Shown here: positions 58,321 to 64,000 of the stretch, one piece after another | How positions within the stretch are numbered: position 1 is the first letter of the stretch | How the letters are laid out: the number at the start of each line of letters is the position of its first letter | Assembly: GCA_965222075.1 (NCBI GenBank) | Contig: OZ244937.1 | Location: 5,152,001 to 5,216,000, forward strand | Reading direction: 5' to 3' | Source of the DNA: Candidatus Latescibacterota bacterium | Lineage (GTDB): Bacteria; Latescibacterota; UBA2968; GCA-2709665 | DNA length: 64,000 nucleotides | Notes under the pieces: generated by a model | Told to the model about the DNA's origin: nothing | Database searches by the model: none | The model's input: the letters and a program-made list of their open reading frames with translations, nothing else | Program-made: the position numbers and the translations under genes

Positions 58321-59979
58321 ATGACGGATACGGGCGCAGGTTTGGTCGGATACTGGAAGCTTGCCGGTGATTGCATCGATTATTCGGGCATGGACAATCA
58401 CGGGAAGAACCACGGCGCGGACCTGACCGCAGCCGGGCTGGACCGCAGGGCGAATGGCGCGGCGGGCTTCAACGGGAGGGACAGTTATGTTGAGGTGCCG
58501 GACAGCCTGTCCCTCCGGTTCGGATCGGCCGATATCTCGGTTTCGGTGTGGGTCCGGACGGACCGGGCGCTCGACGACCTGCCGGGGGATATTCTGAGCA
58601 AGTACGATCCGGAGAATCGGATGGGCTTCACGTTGGGCATCCAGAACCACGCGAGCGCGGTGAATAGCCAGTCGAATTACCGCAATCTCCACTTCGGGCT
58701 GGACAACAGGCTGATCGAGCCCTCGTGGACCGATTGCGGGCGTCCGGGGAACGCCCGCTTTGTTTACGCGCTGGCGGTTGGGGGCGGCGACCTGTATGCG
58801 GGGACCTACGAGGCAGGAGCGGACGAGGTCGGACACGTGTACCGGTACGCCGGGGGAGCAGACTGGGTCGACTGTGGGATTCCGGTTGCGTGCAACGCGG
58901 TCCGGTCGCTGGCCTTCTACGAAGGCAAGCTGTACGCCGGGACGACCTCGCACGCGGGCAGGGGATCGCTGCAGCCCGATTCGCCGAACAGGGCGCCGGG
59001 TGGGAATGTCTATCGCTATGAAGGGGGTATGGAGTGGGTGGACTGCGAGAAGCCGGGGGGGGAGCATTCGGGGTCCGTGCCGGGCCTGATCGTCTTCAAC
59101 GGTCACCTCTACGCCCACGCAAACGGCGCGTACAGTTCCGACAGCAACGGCGTCTACCGTTACGAAGGGGAGAAGAAGTGGACCTGCTGCGGGACACCCC
59201 GTGGGTCGTGGGCGATGTCGACCTTCAACGGAAATCTGTTCTGTGTGGGGGGATACGGTGGCGGCATGAACACACCGGTGATTGCGATGAGCCGGTATGA
59301 CGGTAATACCGGGTGGGCGCCCTGCGGAAATGTCCCCAATACGGTTCAGGTCTACGCCATCGCCATCTACGAGGGGGAGCTTTACGCAGGGACCTGGCCC
59401 ACGGGTACGGTCTTCCGCTGGGACGGGGGGGAGGGATGGACCGACTGCGGGCGTCTGGGGGACGAGCTTGAGGTGATGGGAATGATGGTTTACAACGGGA
59501 AGCTGTACGCCGGCACACTGCCGCTGGCACAGGTCTACCGGTACGAGGGGGGCACGTCGTGGACCTGCGTGGGACGGCTGGATATGACGCCGGATGCGGC
59601 GTACCGGCGGGCGTGGTCGATGGCGGTTTACCAGGGGCGGCTCTACTGCGGCACGCTCCCCGCAGGGCACGTCTATTCGCTGGAGGCAGGGCGGAACGTG
59701 ACCCACGATTTTGAACTCGATCCCGGATGGCGGCATCTGGCTGCGGTAAAGGACGACGAGCGGCCGTGCAGGCTCAGGCTCTATGTGGACGGCGAGCAGG
59801 TGGGGACTTCTACGCCTTTCAACGGGTACGAGGCCTATATTTCCAACGATAGGCCGCTGAAGATCGGGTTCGGACCGCAGGATTATTTCAAGGGGAGCCT
59901 GGCGGAACTGCGGGTGTACAACCGGAGTTTGATGGAGTCGGAAGTGGCCGCACTTTACGATCAGGGAAGAAGAGGATAA
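58321..59979 (+). CDS. LamG-like jellyroll interrupted by a Cys-containing beta-propeller
   Basis: GLVGYWKL..FNG.DSYV.V at the N-terminus, WRHLAAV..LYVDG..FKG.LAELRVYNRSL at the C-terminus; about 7 W.(D/C/P)C-type / GKLYAGT repeats between. Confidence 0.72.
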   Translation: MTDTGAGLVGYWKLAGDCIDYSGMDNHGKNHGADLTAAGLDRRANGAAGFNGRDSYVEVPDSLSLRFGSADISVSVWVRTDRALDDLPGDILSKYDPENRMGFTLGIQNHASAVNSQSNYRNLHFGLDNRLIEPSWTDCGRPGNARFVYALAVGGGDLYAGTYEAGADEVGHVYRYAGGADWVDCGIPVACNAVRSLAFYEGKLYAGTTSHAGRGSLQPDSPNRAPGGNVYRYEGGMEWVDCEKPGGEHSGSVPGLIVFNGHLYAHANGAYSSDSNGVYRYEGEKKWTCCGTPRGSWAMSTFNGNLFCVGGYGGGMNTPVIAMSRYDGNTGWAPCGNVPNTVQVYAIAIYEGELYAGTWPTGTVFRWDGGEGWTDCGRLGDELEVMGMMVYNGKLYAGTLPLAQVYRYEGGTSWTCVGRLDMTPDAAYRRAWSMAVYQGRLYCGTLPAGHVYSLEAGRNVTHDFELDPGWRHLAAVKDDERPCRLRLYVDGEQVGTSTPFNGYEAYISNDRPLKIGFGPQDYFKGSLAELRVYNRSLMESEVAALYDQGRRG

Positions 59980-60020
59980 ACGGGTACGGATGTGGCCGGA
60001 GACGCATCGGGAGGTTCAGT

Positions 60021-60164
60021 ATGGACCGGGCAAAGATCGGTGTTGCGGGCCTGGGGAGATTCGGCGTCTGGCATGCACGCGTGCTGGCGCAGCTGCCCCA
60101 GGTCGAGCTGGCGGCGGTGTGCTCACGTTCCGAGGAACGGGCCAGGGAGGTGGCGGAGACGTAC
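60021..60164 (+). pseudogene. Truncated Gfo/Idh/MocA oxidoreductase start (48 codons)
   Basis: KIGVAGLGRFG..H..CSRSEERAREVAETY parallels 57523; the frame then runs antisense to the TPR gene. Confidence 0.7.
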
Positions 60165-60203
60165 CCCTATACGCGCCTGTATCCGGCGGGGTCACTCAAG
60201 CCT

Positions 60204-61565
60204 CTATCTGACAATTGTGCGCTCTTCCAGAGCTTTGGTGTGCGCCGCTTCCCGGTGGGTTTGCCCCAGCCGGTGATAGAGCACCACCAGATAGTAGCGC
60301 GCCCGTTCGAGCCCGGGATCTCGGGCCACTGCTTCTTCGAGTACCTCCACCGCCTTCTCTTTCGCACCCCTGTGTATGAGCAAGACACCAAGTTTCGTGC
60401 ACACATCCGCCAGACGCCTCCCTTTCAACCGACTCTGGATGGTACGGAACATCTCCTCCGCCTTTTTCTCCCTGCGCTGCTTGTGGTAGACCTGCCAGAG
60501 GAGAATGCGGGTAAACAGATCGTTGGGATAGATCTGCAAGGCCTTCCGGAGCGATGCCGCCGCCGCAGTGTAGTCCCCCTCCACATCCTTCGCCATCCCC
60601 TTTCGCCAGTAACTCAGAAAGGTCCTGGGCTGTCCCTCCACCTCTACCTTTTCCCGCTGCAGTTCCCGGAACCGGGCCAGGGCCACCTTCGCTTTCTCCG
60701 GCCGTCCCATTCTTGTGTAGGTCTGTCCGAGGCAGTAGTGTGCACCTGCATGGTTTGGCGACAGGCGAATGGCGTCCTGCGAGGCCGACCGTGCTCCTTC
60801 CAGGTGTCCGGCCTGAAGCCGGGCGGCGCCGAGCTGGTAGTGGATTTCTGCGTCATTCGGTTTCAGAACCAGCGCCCGTTCCAGGGAGAGGACAGCCGCC
60901 TCGCTTTGGCCCAACTCCCGGTAGACCTTCCCCAACGAAAAGTGCGCATCCCAGTTGTTTGGAAAGTCGGCGACGATCCCCTCCAACTCCTGCCGGGCGT
61001 TGTCGTAAGCACCCGTCTCCTGGTTCAGTGTGGCCAGGTTCAGTCGATTCCGGAGCTGGCCCGGGTGCAGACGCAGCACCTCCCGAATCTGCGCCTTGGC
61101 CTCCTCAACCCAACCGGCTTCGGAGTAGAGGATGCCCAGCTTGTCGTGGATGTGTGCTTCCCGCACCCCTGCCCGCACGGCCCGTTCCAACATCTCCAAT
61201 GCCTCGGTTTGGTCCCCCGCCTGGTAGGCCAGCAGCCCCAGATTCTGGAGCGCGTCCCTGTGGGTGGAATCGAGCTGGACGGTCTGGAAAAACTGCAGCC
61301 GGGCCTGGAAAGGGCGACCGCTGCGCAACAGGGTCTGGCCCAGGTCGTAGCGCGTTTCGGCATCGTGGGGGACATGCGCCAAGACCTCCCGGAGCAGCCG
61401 TACGGCTTCCCGGTAGTCCTTCCGCTGACCGGCCTTCCGGGCCTCTACCAATACCGCTTCCCGGTCAAACGCCTGCCCGCACCCCAACCCCCAGACCAGC
61501 CAGGTCACCAGCGCGGCGACTCCCCCCATCCGGCGGACACGGTTGCACCGGGTAACGTTATTCAT
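60204..61565 (-). CDS. Tetratricopeptide-repeat protein, possible lipoprotein
   Basis: Repeated TPR motifs (AHFSLG.VY, AHYCLG..Y); hydrophobic leader ending LGC. Confidence 0.85.
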   Translation of the reverse strand: MNNVTRCNRVRRMGGVAALVTWLVWGLGCGQAFDREAVLVEARKAGQRKDYREAVRLLREVLAHVPHDAETRYDLGQTLLRSGRPFQARLQFFQTVQLDSTHRDALQNLGLLAYQAGDQTEALEMLERAVRAGVREAHIHDKLGILYSEAGWVEEAKAQIREVLRLHPGQLRNRLNLATLNQETGAYDNARQELEGIVADFPNNWDAHFSLGKVYRELGQSEAAVLSLERALVLKPNDAEIHYQLGAARLQAGHLEGARSASQDAIRLSPNHAGAHYCLGQTYTRMGRPEKAKVALARFRELQREKVEVEGQPRTFLSYWRKGMAKDVEGDYTAAAASLRKALQIYPNDLFTRILLWQVYHKQRREKKAEEMFRTIQSRLKGRRLADVCTKLGVLLIHRGAKEKAVEVLEEAVARDPGLERARYYLVVLYHRLGQTHREAAHTKALEERTIVR

Positions 61566-61636
61566 GTGAATTTTCCATGTTTACCACAGAGACGCAGAGA
61601 TCGCGGAGACAGCCGTGGTTGTTGATCCGTTTGCTT

Positions 61637-63367
61637 TTATTTTTGTTCCTCCCCTTCTTTTACCACCAGCAGCCTGTTGGCGACGATGCCTTTGATCCGG
61701 TCCACGCCTCCGGCCGGCCACCGGACCTCCACAAGATCCACCCGCTGCCGCTTTCCCAGCCCGAAGTGGACACGCAAGTCACTGGCCGACAGGTAGCTGG
61801 ACGCGCTGTGTACCTCCTTTACCTGCCGAAGGTCTCCGGCTACCACCGTCACCCGCGCCCCAATTCCGTCCCGGTTAGAGCGTTGCGAGCCTTCACTCGC
61901 TGTTCGTCGCGCGCCCCCCACCAGCTTCACCATCAACCAGTTTCCCCCGTTGTTCCCTTCGTTGCGCAGCAGGTCCGGACGCTGGGCTATATTGGCCACC
62001 AGCAGGTCTACGTTTCCATCGTTGTCGAAGTCTCCAGCGGCCAGTCCGCGGCTGGCTTTAAGGATGTCCAGGCCTGGGCCGGAACGTGCTGAGGCGTCCA
62101 CAAAGCTTCCGTCGCCCACGTTCTCGAAGAGCTGGTTGGGCTGTTTGTAGGTGACGATGTCCGACATGAGTTCAATGTTGTCCAGTACGTGGCCGTTGGC
62201 GGCAAAGGCGTCCGGGTCTCCGTCGTTATCCGCATCCAGGAAGACCAGTCCGAAGGTCACACTCAGCAGGCTGGACCTTCCCATACCCACCCTTGACGTT
62301 ATATCGGTAAAGGTTCCGTCGCCCTCGTTTCGGTAAAGCGTGTTCGTCTCCAGGTCGAGGTGTCCGATCAGGATATCCAAGTATCCGTCCCCGTCCACAT
62401 CGGCGCAGTCCACCCCCATCCCTGCCTCGGCCTGTCCCACCTCGTTGAACGCCGCTCCCGCCATGAGGGCCACCTCTTCGAATCTTCCGTTTCCCAGGTT
62501 GTCAAAGAGGTAGTTTTCCATGGTGTCGTTGGCCACGTAGATGTCCGGGTCGCCGTCCCTGTCGTAGTCGGTGCAGACCACTCCCAGCCCCTTTCCCTCC
62601 GGCTGGTAGACCCCTGCCTGTCGGGTCACATCCGTAAATGTTCCGTCCCCATCGTTCTGGTACAGCACGTCCGCTACCCCCGAATAGACATCCGGATGGC
62701 AGTATGCCTTGCCGTCGGGGGCGCTGCAAAATCGGTTGTCTTCCAGACGGAAATCGACGTAGTTGGCAACGTAGAGGTCCAGATCTCCGTCGTTGTCGAA
62801 GTCGAAAAACGCCGCTGATGTGCTCCACGAATCGTCCCCTACGCCCGCCTGTCGGGTCACATCCGTAAATGTTCCGTCCCCATCGTTCCGATACAGCACG
62901 TTGGCTCCGAAGTTGGTCACATAAAGGTCCAGATCCCCGTCGTTGTCGGAATCGCCCACGGCACAGCCCATGCCGTAGCCCGGATCGCCTGCCCCGGAGG
63001 CGTCTGTTACGTCCGTAAAGGTCCATCCGGCCGCCTTTCCGTCGTTCCGATAGAGCCGGTTGACCGGCGTCTGCGCCGTCTGGAAGCCCGGCAGCGGTGC
63101 CCCGTTGATCAGGTAGACGTCCAGATCCCCATCGCCGTCGTAATCCAACAGTCCGCAGCCGCCGCACATCGTCTCAACCGCGAATTTCTCCCCGCTTGCC
63201 CCGTTGACGTGAACAAGGTCGATTCCGACCCGGGCGGTGACGTCTACAAATGGCAGCTCCTGCGATCCGCTCTCTCCGGAGGACATCGGGACGAAGCCGA
63301 GCAGGACCGCAGCGGTCCAGACGGCCCCGGACTTTATGCGACTGTTGCTTCCGCCGGTTCGGGCCAT
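61637..63367 (-). CDS. CRTAC1 family protein (FG-GAP/VCBS repeats + ASPIC/UnbV)
   Basis: D.D.DGDLDLYV.N repeats, LYRNDGDGTFTDVT, NRDGIGARV..SYLS..VHFGLG..VRWP; signal peptide. Confidence 0.92.
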   Translation of the reverse strand: MARTGGSNSRIKSGAVWTAAVLLGFVPMSSGESGSQELPFVDVTARVGIDLVHVNGASGEKFAVETMCGGCGLLDYDGDGDLDVYLINGAPLPGFQTAQTPVNRLYRNDGKAAGWTFTDVTDASGAGDPGYGMGCAVGDSDNDGDLDLYVTNFGANVLYRNDGDGTFTDVTRQAGVGDDSWSTSAAFFDFDNDGDLDLYVANYVDFRLEDNRFCSAPDGKAYCHPDVYSGVADVLYQNDGDGTFTDVTRQAGVYQPEGKGLGVVCTDYDRDGDPDIYVANDTMENYLFDNLGNGRFEEVALMAGAAFNEVGQAEAGMGVDCADVDGDGYLDILIGHLDLETNTLYRNEGDGTFTDITSRVGMGRSSLLSVTFGLVFLDADNDGDPDAFAANGHVLDNIELMSDIVTYKQPNQLFENVGDGSFVDASARSGPGLDILKASRGLAAGDFDNDGNVDLLVANIAQRPDLLRNEGNNGGNWLMVKLVGGARRTASEGSQRSNRDGIGARVTVVAGDLRQVKEVHSASSYLSASDLRVHFGLGKRQRVDLVEVRWPAGGVDRIKGIVANRLLVVKEGEEQK

Positions 63368-63794
63368 AGCGCTCCTTCGTTTGACGAAATTTATCTTGTA
63401 AGCGGATGGTGGAAAGCGAACTGACAGAGGGTGGTGGCAGGGACTGAACGCGGCGACAGATTGAGCTATCTCAAAGATATGATGTCCGACTTCTTTCACC
63501 AAGCATAATTGTAGGCCGGATACGAGCCCCGCGATTATATACACTTCTGGACAGCGGGGTGAGTTGTTACTATCTTACCGTTTGGTGAGGCTGGCGGAAG
63601 AGGCGCCGCTGGCCCGACTGTGGCCGTATCCTGCGGAGCATGCGAAACGGGACGCTGCGGCTGTGGTACGTGTACGAGTTGCATTCACTGATTTAAATAA
63701 GTTCCTTATTTATCAACGGAATAAAAGGTGTTCGCCCTGACAACGATCCACAATGACACCCTGACGCTCCAGAGCTCAAAAAGGAGACCCCCCA

Positions 63795-64000
63795 ATGCGA
63801 CGCTTCACCCGCACCCCCTACGTAGACCCTGACAGCCCGGAATGCCGCGAGGTCCGGGGAACCCTGAAACTCGGCGAAACCGTCGTCATTGAGGTCCCCG
63901 GCGGCGCCGACGGAGACCTCAAGCCGGGTGTCGTACCGGAAATCGCCACCAGGCGCGGGTCGCGTAACGGCCCATTCATTATCGAGGACGTGAAGCCCGG
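63795..64000 (+). CDS. Acetamidase/formamidase family protein (5' part, runs off the window)
   Basis: AAGGAG RBS; manual translation MRRFTRT..LGETVVIE..NGPFIIEDVKP (cf. GP.VEGA.PGD). Confidence 0.6.
   Translation, partial: MRRFTRTPYVDPDSPECREVRGTLKLGETVVIEVPGGADGDLKPGVVPEIATRRGSRNGPFIIEDVKP

Noticed and set aside
61581-61612. ACCACAGAGACGCAGAG-type short intergenic repeat
   Set aside because: Single occurrence here; repeat status cannot be shown
60165-61625. Remainder of the 534-aa + strand ORF starting at 60021
   Set aside because: Only the first 48 codons are Gfo/Idh/MocA-like; the rest is antisense to the TPR gene
1-64000. CRISPR array, rRNA, canonical tRNA, transposase, integrase or phage genes
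   Set aside because: No regularly spaced repeats or diagnostic motifs seen by eye; long similar segments are explained by paralogous genes

Overview
High-GC (visually about 60-65%) bacterial DNA. The gene content (four paralogous ~660-aa DUF6785/DUF6784-like membrane proteins, many uncharacterised carbohydrate-type enzymes, CRTAC1 + TPR, a TonB receptor) suggests a Latescibacterota/Poribacteria-like organism; this is inference only. Bases 1-5.3 kb are a defence remnant: a DUF433/DarG-C chimera, an HTH-IrrE/ImmA peptidase and an HsdR with no HsdM/HsdS in the window. Bases 5.3-37.3 kb and 50-60 kb are mostly long + strand catabolic-looking operons built from repeated paralogous modules (beta-propeller, alpha-helical enzyme, GH42-like protein, PhyH, DegT, NodB-like protein and the membrane protein), interrupted by an AT-richer orphan N6-adenine methyltransferase. 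Bases 38-48.5 kb carry - strand genes: intradiol dioxygenase, TonB receptor, and a DUF2236 oxygenase/MMPL/LolA-like/outer-membrane cluster. The rest includes a Fic gene, msrA, TPR/CRTAC1 and a partial acetamidase. Notable non-coding or cryptic signals: a CCTGCCT-hairpin-GCAGGCAGG mini-element that sits in-frame inside hsdR and also intergenically, a candidate structured RNA at about 48.9 kb, a probably leaderless Fic promoter, and many gene fragments joined at short microhomologies. No rRNA, canonical tRNA, CRISPR array, transposase or integrase was recognised. All family assignments come from motif recognition, not database searches.
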